Shown one piece after another: positions 1 through 13,699 of a stretch of 64,000 nucleotides of DNA. Positions within the stretch are counted from its first letter, which is position 1. Each line of letters opens with the position of its first letter. Location of the stretch: positions 8,928,001 to 8,992,000 of the forward strand of contig OX597833.1 of assembly GCA_951406725.2 (NCBI GenBank), in the 5' to 3' direction. The DNA is from Octopus vulgaris (Eukaryota). The notes beneath the pieces are model-generated. The model was not told the DNA's origin. It saw nothing but the letters and a program-made list of their open reading frames with translations, and made no database searches. The position numbers were made by a program, and so were the translations under genes.

Positions 1-852
1 ACAGAACATCAACCTCAACTGTGTCTGTCTACCCCACATACCCAGAATAACACCTATGTCTATATACCCAACAAGTTAAACTAAACCATGTAAGGGTGCT
101 GAACTGACTATACAACAAAACACTCTGGTGTAGACTTGAACTCATGATCTCTCTCAGTCAACTCTTGTTCTTTACCAACAACATGTGTGTTTGGGGCACT
201 GAATCCCTTCACAACCCTCCTCCACATCCTTGTGGCTGCACTGCTTTCTTGCAATATTGTGCGTGTCTATGTGCACACACGCACAAACAGGGGTGTGAGG
301 CTGAGATATTAGCTTCTCAGCTAAGGGGTTAGGGGTTCAATTACACTGCATAGCATCTTGGGTCACTTTTCTTGTAATTTTGGGCTGACCTGAGTGAATT
401 GGAGATGGAAACTGTACAAATCCTGTTCTACAAGTGTGTGTGTGTGTGTAGAGCAGATGGGAGCCGTGGAACAGGGAAAGCCAGGAAGCTATTGTAATTC
501 AGGTGTAGCTGATTCCGTGATGCTGATGGTGAGTCCCTGAAACAATTTACTCCTTGTCAGGCCCTCAACAACAAAAGAAACAAGAGGCACATGGCCTTGT
601 CCTCTTTCTTATCAATGACAATATTTCTGTCATCACTGCATTGCTGTGGGGAGTTCTTATCAGCTGAGGCTTTGGGGTTATTGGTATAGGGTCCTTCTAC
701 ATATGTATTGTCCCTTCCAGCTCTGCATAAATCTAGTCAGCACGCTGTTCTTCAGACAATGACCAGCTCACAATGACACACACATTTTGCTATTATTTGG
801 AAGTTTTAATGAAGAATTTATTTGAAGTAATTAGAGAAAAAGGTTATCTTAC

Positions 853-948
853 CAGGTGAAAATCATTTTCATCATAAAGAACGTTAATATTTTCAAAGTT
901 GGCAAGTTGACCGAGAGAAGCTGATGTGGTAAGTCTTCGAGACGCCAT
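853..948 (-). CDS. NGDN: NGDN exon 10 (gene continues off window)
   Basis: tgcag/gtaag; MASRRLTTSASLGQLANFENINVLYDENDFHL. Confidence 0.82.
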
Positions 949-3900
949 CTGCAAATAAAGGGAGACAACAATCAACGGACTGGTTTGGGACAAACAGAAG
1001 CAAACCTCACCTGGTCCTTTGGTATTTCCATAGGGTTGGCCAACACCACTATCCTGGGTGTCTAAGAGTGCTTGTCCTAACACACACCCCTAAAAATGAC
1101 ATGTTTAAAAACACAATCTGATCAGCTGGAGAAAGGGGACAGCTTTGAATACGTTGCTCTTCTCCTTACCTGGAGTTTGTAGTCAAAAGGCAGGGAGATG
1201 TGTTCGTGAAGACAAGAATCCATCTTGTATCATATTTAACATACCTGTCTTCAATGTATCCATACATGCCACTGGCCATTCTAAGTTGATTCTCTGAGTA
1301 CAATTTGCTTTAATTAGTCAGAAATATTTCCTCTTTTTGTGTGATTAAGCCTCAGTCAAGCTGGAGCAACTACTATGCTGACAATAGCGACTGAGGTAGA
1401 TTACACCTGGAAACAGCTGTCCGTTTGTCTTCATTCAATCAGATTCGCTTTTCTGTAATGGTTTTTCAATTTCAGAGAATTCTACATTTGCAACTACCAC
1501 TAGGCATCTGTTCATCCCAAAGCAAAGGTAACCTCAAATAAATCAAGAATTTATCTTGGATGCCATTTTATTCGTTTTAAGCTATTTTAATAAATTTTTA
1601 ATCCTCATCATCTTTATCTCAAATATTACCATTTTAACTCTTCTTGAAAATGACTGAAACTTTCAATATTTTTATATTTCAAAACCTTTACCTTCTCTTT
1701 CTTGCTGACTGGAAGTCTGACAAAGTTTTCTTCTTCATAACTGCAATGGAACAAAACCAAATGTCAATTACTTTAGAGTTTAGTCTTTGGAATTCAACAT
1801 GTGATATTGGAAGTTTTAATATTTCCCCAGACATTGTCCCTCTAAAATTCCAAAACAAGCAATTTCAAAGTGGCACTGATCAGCTGTGTGCATATATAAA
1901 TAATAATAATAATAATGAGAATGAGAATGATGAAGTAGCATTTCATAAATTTTAATTTACCTTTTTATTTAAATACAGCTTTATATATACATACACCTGA
2001 TCAGTCCCACGTTAAAAGCACCCAGAACCACTCTGTAAAGTGGCTGACATTAGGAACTGCCCAACCCAGCCGATATGGACAGTAAACGATAATGATCGCA
2101 CACACACCATTGTTGTTTGTTTTAATGTCTGCTTTCCTATGCTTTCATGGCTCAAAGAAGAATTTGTTAAGACAGATTTTCTACAACCAGATTCCTTTCC
2201 TGTTGCCAACCTATTTGATGAAGAGGATGGCCAAGGACAAAGAGGAAGTAGAAGCAGAAGAGGACTGTTGCTGCTGTCACCAGAATCGTGTTGAGAGACG
2301 AACCATTATTGAGTGTAAAAGGGGTCACACTTTGGCTAAGTTTATCTTGTCTAACCCCACACTCGACAGACATGGAGAAACAGACTGAATAAGAGAAACC
2401 CGTGGTCACATGAAAGACCTCAGCCTGTCAGGTGGTGCAATATGGCCCTCAACGTGGTACAGATACAGCTGGAGCAATGGACTGTTCCAAGTTATTTGAC
2501 TCTAGTAAAATAGCCACACAACCAGTTTTGTGAACTAGACTACAGAATGTCTATGACCCCTAAACAGAGTATAGGCTGTAGTATCAACCACTTACCGTAT
2601 TCTTTCTTTTGCTTCTTTATTTTCTTTAATTCTGTGTAAACTGTTACTTTCCTGGAATGGAAGAGAAAATATTTGCTTTACAACAACGTCAAACGCTACG
2701 TAACCTGATCGTTCAAACTGTTTCAGTGTTAGTTGTACGGCAGTGTTGGTACCAAACGGAGATTTCTGAATCAGAAGATATTTTAGACAGAGAAAGAGAT
2801 ACAGTATGGATGTGTGGGCAGCTGAACGCACAATCATCTCTTTCCTTCAATACTATATCTTGATAATTGACTAATTTACATATTACCTTCCTTGTGTTGT
2901 CAACGTCAGACATGGTAACAAATCAATCCTTGACAGAGCTACAAAACACCAAATTCTTCACACACACAAAAACTCTGCTTACCATATATTCCTCTGGTCC
3001 CTCATCATATTCTCGTTTCAAGTCCTGTAGCAGTGTACTGCCAAGGGCTCGTTTCTTTGCTCTCTCAATCAGCTTCTCCCGACGTTCTTCGGCCGTCATT
3101 TGACCTGGAAAATTAATTCATGAAATTTCACTGAGCAACTTATTTAAATTTCATCTGACAAGTTAATTAAATAAATTTAACATGACAAAATAGGTAATTA
3201 AATTTGCTCTAACAAGTTAATTAGATTTGACCTGATTCTTTTAATAAGGCCCAATAAGTTATTCAAAATGATCTCCCTGTACATGGTAAATAAAACATTA
3301 CACATACGTGTGTATTACTGGTACTGTCAGTTACAACAAGTGTTCCAACTGATCCAATCAACAGAACAGCCTGAGTACTCCACAGACACAATGCACACCC
3401 TTAACATAGTTGCTCTCAGGGAGAGTCGGCGTGACACAGAATGTGACAAGGCTGGCCCCTTGTGAATTACAGGTACAACTCATTGTTGCCAGCTGAGTGG
3501 CAGCTGGAGCAATAAAGTGAAATAAAGTGTCTTGCTCAAGGACACAGCATGTCACTAGGTATCAAAGTTATGACCTTACAATCATCAACCAAACCAAATA
3601 CCGAAATACCATTAAGACACATACCTTAACTGCATGTGTGTGTGTATGTGTGTGCATACACATGTAATTGTGTAGTACATACATGCATACACTTATATAT
3701 ATATATATATATATGCATACACTTATATATATCTATGAGATAAAAGAGAGAGAAAGTGAAACACAAACCACACTGGACAGCAGCCAATTTAGGAGGGACG
3801 TAGGGTTTTATGTTATGATGTCCTGCTTCTTCTGCATCATTCTCATCATCATCTTCATCTTCAAGCTAACAATATGAACAATATATACACAGAGTTAAGA

Positions 3901-4262
3901 TTCTATAGCCAATATGAAGGATATGCATACATAATTAGAGAGGGCAAGAAGAAGAGGTGAGGCAGAGTCATTGTGAGAACAACATAGGAAATACAAAGAA
4001 ACGGATTTAATTGTGATGTTGTTGATGTCTTACCTTTGGGATCAGATTCTCAGGTTTGGCTCGATATTTCAAAGCATCCGTAACATCTGAAAACAATATT
4101 ACAAGGCTGGTCATTTTCACTCGTTTACTCTTCTTAATTAATTCTTTACTTAAAAATAATATCTTCTAAATTTTCGTTCATGGCATTTTATTTCTGTTCC
4201 AAGTCGCTGCCTCTTTTATCATCACCACGTAAGTGTGAGAGTATGCAGAGATATATTTATGC

Positions 4263-4337
<75 letters not shown>

Positions 4338-5333
4338 CTGTGCATTGGTCTGGAAATGTGAAGTAAATGGATGGCAATGTGTGATGAGTGAATAAGTGTT
4401 GTGTGATGTAAGTGAAGGGAATCAGGGGATGAGAAAGATGTTGTTTAGCCCTGGGTCAGCCTTGACCCAGCAGACATTCCAGCCATCACTATTTCGTCCT
4501 ATTCATGGGAAGGGAACCCAGAACCATTTTAACAAATGTCACTTTTTCTAAAACAGTAGGGTTTGATGAGAGAGGTTCTGTCAATCGCTCAATGAGCAAA
4601 ATGTATGAAGAGCGGATGAGACGAGAGGTCAAAATCTCGAGTAAAGGGGACAAAGGATGGGAAGTAGTAGTAGTAGTAGTAGTGTGCTGCTGTATTACAG
4701 CTGCAATTCACCATTTGTTGTCCTTATTGTTCTTTATCTTCTCCAATTGATCGACCGTTTCCATTCCATCTCACCCAACACTCTCCTCTCTCAGTCTACA
4801 ATAAAATCCTTCCTCTTTTAAATCTTTCACCAAAATTTCAAATTATATTCCAAACATCTGCTTAGTGATGACAAAGTCTTCTTACTAAATCCTTCATTAT
4901 TCTATACAAAGGAGGTGTATATTAACAGAAACATGGCAACAAAAAGATTAAAATGTTGTTGTTGTTGTTGATGGTGGTGGTGGTGGTGGCCACCACACAC
5001 ATCACTTTCAGTGTTTTCAATGCTGTTTCACCTGCAGAATATTGGCTCAAAGCAGATCAAAGGTAATTATGTCTTTATGAAATTTGCGAGAGATGGAGTC
5101 GGACATAACCAATTTCTGTTCAAAATTACAATTACACGTTCATGATAACTTATAATAAATCACAATAATTCATATTAAAACCACTCACCTTTGCCTGTTA
5201 CAGCCGACTGGACAACTTTGTCGATTTGATACTTGAGTTTATTGTCAATGGGTAAAATCTTCTCCCATATCTAATATTATACAAAAGAACAGCAGGAATC
5301 ATGGAATAGAATAACAACAACAACAACAACAAC

Positions 5334-5381
<48 letters not shown>

Positions 5382-8300
5382 CACAATAATAATAATAATC
5401 CTTCCTACTATAGACACAAGGCCTGATTTTTAAAAATATTTTTCACAGAAGGTAGTAATTAATTATACTGACTCCCCCCACTCCCCCCTGGACTGGTAAT
5501 TATTTTACTGACCCTGAAATAATGAAAGGCAAATTCAACTTTGGTGGGATTTGAACTCAGAATGTAAATACCCACAAGAAATGCCACTACACATCTTATT
5601 TAGTGTGCTAATGATTCTAGTAGCTCACTGCCTCGTTAATGAGATAGCTTGGCTGTGAAACAATGCCAATTACTGTTGGGGACAATATTGAAAGATATTG
5701 AGAAGAATACAAAGGGAATGGGGAATAGAGTGTCCAGAGGAGCTGTTGCAGCATTGCCAGAGGGGCTGCTGCAGCATGGCCAGAGGAGCTGCTGCAGTAT
5801 GGCCAGAGGGGCAAGTCGATTATATTGACCCCAGTACTTGACTGGTACTCATTTTAGCAACTCCAAAAGGATGAAAAGTAAAACCAACCTCAAGCAGAAT
5901 TTGAACTCAGAATGTAAAGATGGACAAACGCTGCCAAGCATTTTGTCTGGTGAACTTAGAGTTCTACCAGCTTTCTACCAGCTTGCTGCTGTTGCTCCTT
6001 CAACAACAACAGCAGCAACAGCAGAAGATTCAGATTTAGGCAGAAGCCAGGAATTTTGAGAGTAAGGGTAAGTAGTGAAAGGAAGCATTTGTTACCAAAC
6101 CTTCCTCAGAGAAATGGCATTAACTCACTCACAATTCTGTTTTCCACAAGCCTTTGAACTGCTTCATTTTTTTCCAAAGTATTTCCTTCTGCCTTCTCCA
6201 AAAGAACAAGAGACAAATCTGTGATATAGTTCAATAAAATGTTGCACTTCACTGTTAGAAATCCAATTCCCTGCAATTAGAAATTTCATTAAAAAATAGA
6301 TTAAATTTCAAAACCCTCTTTTCAAATAGAAATTCTCACTATTAATCACCATCGCCATCATCACCAAAATATCAACACACCACAAGACCTGGTCTTAAAA
6401 ATTTGTATAAAAAACCATGGTCTCTGCCCCTGCCCCACTCCTTCAGGTGTTGGGGATACTGGACTTTCAGGCTAAAATCTGAAGACTCCAGACTTTTGTT
6501 AGGAAAGTGGTTTCTGTTCTTTTTTGCTGGTTTCTTTACAGTTTACTCTGCTATTCTCCTGCTCTCCAAGGTTTACTCTTGAAGCACAGGACCTACTTTA
6601 ACCCATAGTCAAGGGGAATGGTGTATAATGGGATCAGAGCATATCTACACATTGATGGATCTGAATGGCATGTCTAAGGGCCAACCCTCCTCTAAGCCCC
6701 GTATGCCTTAGCCACAGGATCATCGGCTACATAAGAATAGCCTGGGCAAAATTCAGGGAGCTCCTACCTCTGCTGGCAACTAAGGGCCTCTTGCTTGGGA
6801 TAAAAAGTAGACTGTATGATGCATGTGTGTGAACTGCCATGCTACACGGCAGTGAAACATGGGCCATGACTGCTGAGGACATGTGTAGGCTTGAGAGAAC
6901 TGAATTTAGTATGATCCACTGGATGTGTAATGTCAGTGTGCATACAAGACAGAGTGTAAGCGTCCTGAGAGAAAAGTTGGACATAAGAAGCATCAAATGT
7001 GGTGTGCAAGAGAGACGACTGCACTGGTATGGTTATGTGTTGCGTATGGATAAGGACAGCTGTGTGAGGAAGTGCCAGACTCTAACTGTAGATGGAATCT
7101 GTGGAAGAGGTAGACCCAAGAAGATATGGGGTGAAGTGGTGAAGCATAACCATCGAACATTGGGGCTCACAGAGGCAGTAATAGGAGACCGAGACCTTAG
7201 GAGACATGCTGTGATTCAGAAGGCCCGTGTTGCCTGTCAGGCCCATTTAAGAGGACCCTTGATGCGTTGGGCAATATGATATGCTTGAGAAAACCTGTTG
7301 AGTCAAGTAAATCAAAATCGTAGCTGTGGCCAGTGCCCCCTGACTGGCTTCTATTCCTGTGGCACGTAAAATGCATCATCAAACGTGGTCAATGCCAATG
7401 TTTCCTGACTGGCTCCTGTGCTGGTGGCACATAAAAAAACCATCCGAACATGGTCAATGCCAGGTCCACCTGACTGGCTCCCATGCCAGTGGCATGAAAA
7501 AAGTACCATCTGGACGTGGCCAATGCCAGTACCCCATCACTGGCTCCTGTGCCATTGGCATGTAAAAAGCACCCACTACACTCTCGGAGTGGTTGGCATT
7601 AGGAAGGGCATCCAGCTGCTGGCTCTCCAAACCTCAAACAGTCCAATCCATGCCAGCATGGAAAATGGATGTTAAACAATGATGATCACACACACACACA
7701 CATTATATATATATATATATATATCATCATCATCATCATCATCGTTTAACGTCCGCTTTCCATGCTAGCATGGGTTGGACGGTTCAACTGGGGTCTGGCA
7801 AGCCCGAAGGCTGCACCAGGCCAGTCAGATCTGGCAGTGTTTCTACAGCTGGATGCCCTTCCTAACGCCAACCACTCCGAGAGTGTAGTGGGTGATTTTA
7901 TGTGCCACCGACACAGGTGCCAGACGAGGCTGGCTGACGGCCACGCTCGGATGGTGTTTTCTTATGTGTCACCGACACAGGTGCCAGACGGGGCTGGCGG
8001 ACGGCCACGCTCGGATGGTGTTTGTTACGTGCCCTCAGCACGGAGGCCAGTCGTTGCGGTACTGGCTACGATCACGTTCGGATGGTTTTCTTATGTGCCA
8101 CCGGCACTGGTACCACAAGGATACAAATTCCATTGATGTTCATCTATTTTGATTTGGTTCGATTTGATTTGATTTGATTCGATTCGATTCTCACTTGCCT
8201 CAACAGGTCGTCACAAGAAGGAAGGTATGCACAGGTGGACTGACTACGTCCCAGGTAGGGGCCACGGATTATGGCTTCACTAGTCTTGCCGGGTCTTCTC

Positions 8301-11300
8301 ACGCACAGCATACTTCCATAGGTCTCGGTCTCTAGTCATTTCCATGGTGAGACCTAACGTCCGAAGGTCGTGCTTCACCACTTCGTCCCAGGTTTTCCTG
8401 GGTCTACCTCTTCCACGGGTTCCCTCAACTGCTAGGGATTGGCACTTTCTCACACACCTATCTTCATCCATTCTCGCCACATGACCATACCAGCGCAATC
8501 GTCTCTCTTGCACACAACAACTGATGCTTCTTAGGTACAACATTTCTCTCAAGGTACTAACGCTCTGTCGAGTAAGTACACTGACATTACACATCCATCG
8601 GAGCATACTGGCTTCGTTCCTCACGAGCTTACGCATGTCCTTAGCAGTCACGGCCCATGTTTCACTGCCATGTAGCATAGCTGTTCGTACACATGCATCA
8701 TACAGTCTGCCTTTTACTCTGAGCGAGAGGCCTTTAGTCACCAGCAGAGGTAAGAGCTCCCTAAACTTTGCCCAGGCTATTCTTATTCTAGCAGTTACAC
8801 TTTCAGCGCACCCGCCCCCACTACTGACTTGGTCACCTAGATAGCGGAAGCTATCAACTACTTCTAGTTTTTCCCCCGGAAAGTGACGGAAGTTGTTTTC
8901 TGCAGATTTTCGGAGGTCAATGCTCCAGAGCATCTGCCACATACAAAAACTATCTTCCCAGTTAGCCTACCTTTGACATTGCTGCACCTCTTATGTGTCC
9001 ATAGCTTACACTGGGTACATCTTATAGAGTTTCTACCTACACCTTTTCTACAGATCGAGCAGGGCCATCTTCCTGAGGATATTTGTGGATTTTCTAACTT
9101 TCTACTTATTAGTACTTTGGTTTTAGCTAGGTTGACTCTAAGGCCCCTCGATTCTAAACCCTCCTTCCACACCTGGAACTTCTCCTCCAGTTCTGATAGT
9201 GACTCAGCGATTAGAGCGAGGTCGTCAGCATAGAGGAGCTCCCAGGGGCAACCTGTCTTGAATTCCTCCACAATTGCCTGGAGGACTATGATAAATAGGA
9301 GGGGGCTGAGTACTGAACCCTGGTGGACCCCAACCTCTACCTTGAATTCTTCTGTGTACATGCTGCCAACTCTAACCTTACTTACGGCATCATATATAAA
9401 GAGAGAGAGAGAGAAAATTACAATATATTTCTAAGATTTAAGACCCACATTATAGTTCCCTTGTGGCTGAAATAAGCCAAAACATAAGCAAGATTCAACA
9501 CCAGTATATTATCAGTATGTCACTAATATTTTGGTTCAATTAAAACACATCAGTAATTTACTACCTTAACAACTGTTGGTATGCTACTAATACTAAGTAT
9601 TAGTAGGAGAAGTGACAGAAGATTTGCTTTTGTTTTTTTTTTCATTGCTTAATGAGAAGGGCCACTCCTGTGAGTCTTTTCAAATCCTCAAAGGCTGAAG
9701 ACCAGATATTGATCCAAATATTTTGGCAGCAGTGTGGATTATGTGAAAGACAGCCAAAAGGATGGTTTGGTGATGTTAAACCAGTTGAAGGATTATGGCT
9801 GCCAGACCACAACCGCAATAACAATCTCTTCAAAGGATTCTTACAGTTTCCATTGACCAAATTTCATTTTTAAGACATGTACTGCTGATGGATGAATCCC
9901 AAAACCATATTTCTGTGAAGTGAATCTCTTAACCACACGGCCATATCTATGCCCCATCGTTGCTGGAATACTGACAATGGGGTTGCAAGTTCAAATTTCA
10001 TTACAGTCTACAAGACCAACAAAATAACTTCGATTCTTACTTCATGTTCCAAAAGTTTCAAACTCAAGACATACATTTATGGTAACAAAAAAAATTAATG
10101 CAAAACAGTAAAATAGGAAAAAAAAAAAACAAAAAAAAACAGGAAAACAATTGGAACTTACGTCAGAAATATTGAAATCTTCTGAGTTGACTTTTCTGAT
10201 TAAAGATTTGAAGAATTTGTTTGTCTCGTGGATTGAATTAGGGAGTTTCTCCAACAGTTTTAAGGCATCAGGTAAATCTTTCTGTATCACATCCATCTGT
10301 ATAATTAAAAAGATAAACACTGAAGACATTTTCCCTTGAACCTTAGAAACGAACCAGACATCTCTCATACACATATCAACAACTACAAAGTAAATATCAT
10401 CATCATGACCATCATTTAATGTTCACTTTTCAAGGCTTGCATGGGTCAGACAGAATTCATTGAGGCAGGTTTTCTACAGCTGGATACAATTTCTGAACAT
10501 GGCAATATTTCTCTGTGGCTGGAGATATTTCCAAGGAAGATTGGAAATAGAGGACATTGCTTCTAATGGTGGAGCTTGTTTACAACTGATGTCTACCAAG
10601 AGAAAGAAGTAGACACACACGACAGGTTTCTTTCAGTTTCCATCGACCATATCTACTCAGAAGGCTTTGCTCAGCCCAGGCTGGAATAGAAGGTGCCCAT
10701 GTGGTCAAGAAGCAAACATCTTGAACAAACAACCATGCTTTGGCTTACACATCCTCCTATAAATATCCGCTTGCTCCCCACAATCCAGGAAGATCTTGAA
10801 ACATGGCAAACCTATATTTCAGAGCAAGAGGTCCTCGTTTGAAATAGAAACTACTGCAATCCTCAACAGCTGGTCATTATACAAAATGTCGAATCGAAGG
10901 TGCTGCATCCCTATTTACAAATGTTCCAGTAACAAAACACAAACATTCTCCGTATCACACTTGTTATCTTAGTTGTTTCGAACCATCTTCTTCATACTCT
11001 TTTTAAAATTTAATGTTTGTAAATGGTATTTTGCAGTAACAAGTTTTCGAGAGTGTAGATTGCGCAAAATTAAAATTTCAAAAATATAAATCTTCAAAGT
11101 GAGAAATAATGGAAACGAAACTGGAACTGGTGGGAAAAGGAACTTTTTTCCCCACCTCGACATTTTGTAATAATGTAATATATTTGTAATCAACATCCTT
11201 AAAAACGTATTTCTGCAAAATATAATTTTACAAAACAAAACAATCAATTTAAAGAGAATTATAAGGAAAGAAAGTCGAGGTGTCACCAATCTTATTTCTT

Positions 11301-11816
11301 TATTGCCCACAAGATGTCAGCAATCTGTCGGTAGACCAGATTCTGGTTTGTCTATATTTGAGTTTTAAAAGAAAGATGATCGATCGGGGGTCATCTTTCA
11401 GGGACTCCGACCCTTTTTCCGTCCATGTGTGAGGGTTTGTAGAGCGAACCATTGCGTGGCTTACAGTTGCGGCTGAATTAAATCGAACTTGCGGCTTTTA
11501 TGTTCATTTGTTTTGAAGAGAATGAAATGATTTCAATAAATTAAGTCTCAAAGGAAACAATTAAAGGAAACAATTTTAATGAAGAAATTAAAACAATTTG
11601 ATTGTTTAAAAATGTAATTGTGAAGATTTTTAACAACGAATTTGGATGTTTGAGACGTAAGATGACAGCAAAGAAGAGAAAACACGGCCAACAATGGAGT
11701 AAAGTAGTGTTTATAGAGAATAATTCAGGCAAGAAATAAAACTGAGTTTTTGGGAATTTCTGGGAAAAAATAATTAAAAAGAGGAAAAAACTTACGGAAA
11801 TCGTGGAGGAAACCAT
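853..11816 (-). CDS. NGDN: Neuroguidin (NGDN; Sas10/Utp3/Lcp5 family), multi-exon, 3' end outside window
   Basis: Join complement(11796-11816,10162-10296,6133-6270,5189-5270,4034-4086,3769-3865,2983-3104,2596-2651,1692-1740,853-948). All introns are GT-AG and phases are compatible. The translation contains NGDN-type motifs LVENRIIWEKILPIDNKLKYQIDK, LKYRAKPENL, PYVPPKL, LQDLKREYDEGPEE and RYEEENFVRL. Confidence 0.92.
1692..1740 (-). CDS. NGDN: NGDN exon 9
   Basis: tgcag/gtaaag; YEEENFVRLPVSKKEK. Confidence 0.9.
2596..2651 (-). CDS. NGDN: NGDN exon 8
   Basis: ccag/gtaagt; ESNSLHRIKENKEAKERIR. Confidence 0.85.
2983..3104 (-). CDS. NGDN: NGDN exon 7
   Basis: ccag/gtaag; QMTAEERREKLIERAKKRALGSTLLQDLKREYDEGPEEYM. 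Confidence 0.92.
3330..3630 (-). mobile_element. tRNA-derived SINE (second copy at 51395-51645)
   Basis: Shared core GTGTCCTTGAGCAAGACACTTTATTTCAC..GCTCCAG..CACTCAGCTGGCAA in both copies. Confidence 0.75.
3769..3865 (-). CDS. NGDN: NGDN exon 6
   Basis: ttag/gtttgt; acidic stretch then KPYVPPKLAAVQC. Confidence 0.88.
4034..4086 (-). CDS. NGDN: NGDN exon 5
   Basis: ttcag/gtaag; DVTDALKYRAKPENLIPK. Confidence 0.9.
5189..5270 (-). CDS. NGDN: NGDN exon 4
   Basis: ttag/gtgagt; IWEKILPIDNKLKYQIDKVVQSAVTGK. Confidence 0.92.
6133..6270 (-). CDS. NGDN: NGDN exon 3
   Basis: tgcag/gtgagt; GIGFLTVKCNILLNYITDL...RLVENRI (Sas10/Utp3 domain). Confidence 0.92.
6731..7687 (+). mobile_element. RTE-clade LINE, 5'-truncated (RT C-terminus plus 3' UTR)
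   Basis: MLHGSETWAMT...ERRLHWYG...GRGRPKK; 3' UTR ends in GTTAAACAATGATGAT. Confidence 0.9.
7725..9394 (-). mobile_element. RTE-clade LINE, 5'-truncated, young (RT domain, one frameshift near 8875)
   Basis: GVHQGSVLSPLLF, LLYADDLAL, C2-type zinc motif, FRYLG, RRLRWYGHV, GRPRKTW; (ATG)n tail at 7725-7744. Confidence 0.95.
10162..10296 (-). CDS. NGDN: NGDN exon 2
   Basis: tacag acceptor, gtaagt donor; MDVIQKDLPDALKLLEKLP...FNISD, 135 nt. Confidence 0.88.
11796..11816 (-). CDS. NGDN: NGDN exon 1 (MVSSTIS)
   Basis: caacATG start followed by a GTAAGT donor; phase 0 matches the next exon; CpG-richer surroundings. Confidence 0.7.
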
Positions 11817-12639
11817 GTTGGATGCTAAAGGGGAGCAACTCTGGATATAGTGAGGTCGCTTACGAGCTTTACTTCGCACCTGCTGTATTTTAGCCCTAAG
11901 TCAAGCCAGACCCATCAGACTGTGTTCAGTGTCTCCGTTTTTAGTACGATTTGTTGTTATTTGGTAAGAATAGGCTACTGTTTCTAGTAAGTCGAGCAAT
12001 TAACCCGTAAGATATTATGATTGGCTGTTATTATTAGCAAGTCAAATAACTACGTGGAGGCTCCCTACGTGGGGGTTCCCTACGTGGAGGCTCCCTACGT
12101 GGAGGTTCCCTACTTGCAGCGAGTTTGAACCAGAAGGCTTCATTTCTTTCCTCTCGGTTATTAGCATCTCAGAAGTATTTTATTTCTAAATACTTTTTTT
12201 CACCACAGCCTAGCTAGGTGTTCACCTGCTAGAAATAGCAGCCAAATGTCGTTGAAATTAGACACGACTGTTTTTTTTAAAAAGGGGTACATTTTAGATA
12301 TTGTGCGATTGTGTTCGCTATACACAGGGAAAGACGGTATGGTCACGGTTGCAATATCTATGACTACAGAGAGGTTTACTTAACCCATTTGTTGCGAGAA
12401 TAACTTTTTATTCCTGATTTAGCTGAAACTTTGTTTAAGGGTTATTTTAAACACCAGTTACATTGATTTGAAGCCAGAAATGTAAAATGCAAAAGACATT
12501 CTTAAATAAAACCAGGTGCCACATGGCACCGCTAGCATAACAAGAGTACAAAATTACGACTGTGGTAATTTCTTCCATTTTGTTCAGTAATCAAATGTAT
12601 GATGTGTTCTTCTTTTATAGTTGTGCAAATTACGAAAAG

Positions 12640-13500
12640 ATGTGCGAAGTAACCAGCATTCAGGCTGCAAGAAAAGCGATGGAGGCCTGTGGAGTCGAGG
12701 AGCCTGCCACAACGACAGATCAAATCCGTGCATACGTCAGCTCCCACTCTGAGAGCGATGGAGACACGAAGTTCGTCCAAGCTGAGTAAGGCACCAAAAT
12801 TGGCCACAGGGATGGCATCAATCTGGTCACTTGAGTATTTGACGCTAGCAGACAGGAAGCAGTACCTTGAAAACTGGTCCGACTGGATGAAGAGGGAGTC
12901 GAAGGTGGACCTTCGAAATTATGTTGTCCCAAGCTCTCTGACTCCGACAGTCCACCTTCTCAGGAGCAGACAAGCCCAATTCTCTTCAGTGTTGGAGAGC
13001 TTCATCCAACTCCCTGTTGGAACTGGTCCATGTTGGAGAAGAGAGGATGTTGCTCACCAGGTGGAGCAGGCGTGGGTGGAGGAAAGGAAGTAGGGGAGAG
13101 AGAAGGACGAGCGCTTACCAAGACCAAGACCTCCAATGCAGCCTGACTGCAGGATGTTGGAGAGAGTCTGACATTGAGCATTCAAGTCTCTCAAAGATTA
13201 GGTTGCTGGGAATCGGTAAGATGAGCCGATGCTGAGCAAATATAGAAGTTTAGGGATCGAGAGGTAATTCCTAAGTATGGAAAAACCTTGATGGGATTTG
13301 ATGGGTTTAATATTTTTCACCAATTGCTCAAGGGTAGCCACCTTCGACTGGAAGATGGACTCAAAGGCAAGGTCAGTGATTGGGGCACCTAGAGAGCACG
13401 AAGCTGATGGGGGAGGGACTGCAATGGAAGAGAAGGACTCTGCAAAAAGGTCAATAGTTGGTTGATGTTGAGAAGACAGGTGGTCGAGGATCCATGTTCA
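12640..13500 (-). mobile_element. Degraded non-LTR retrotransposon, CRE/RLE-like
   Basis: LSLDELRVSIALRVGADVC..CRCGRLLDSTGLHRFSC..AG zinc-knuckle motif like that of restriction-endonuclease-type elements; GC-rich relative to flanks. Confidence 0.6.
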
Positions 13501-13699
13501 AACATAGCAAAGACATAGCATACTATATTGGCATAATTCTACCATTTCAACACAAACGTAATTTGTGTTGGGAGTCTCTTAGGAATCCTGTTACCAAATA
13601 TGACAAAGACTTTTATAATTTCCTTAACGAAAGGAAAAATATTTTTTCGTTTTCAGAATGGCACCACTGAAACATTGTTGCTCAAAACCTCAGAGAAAA

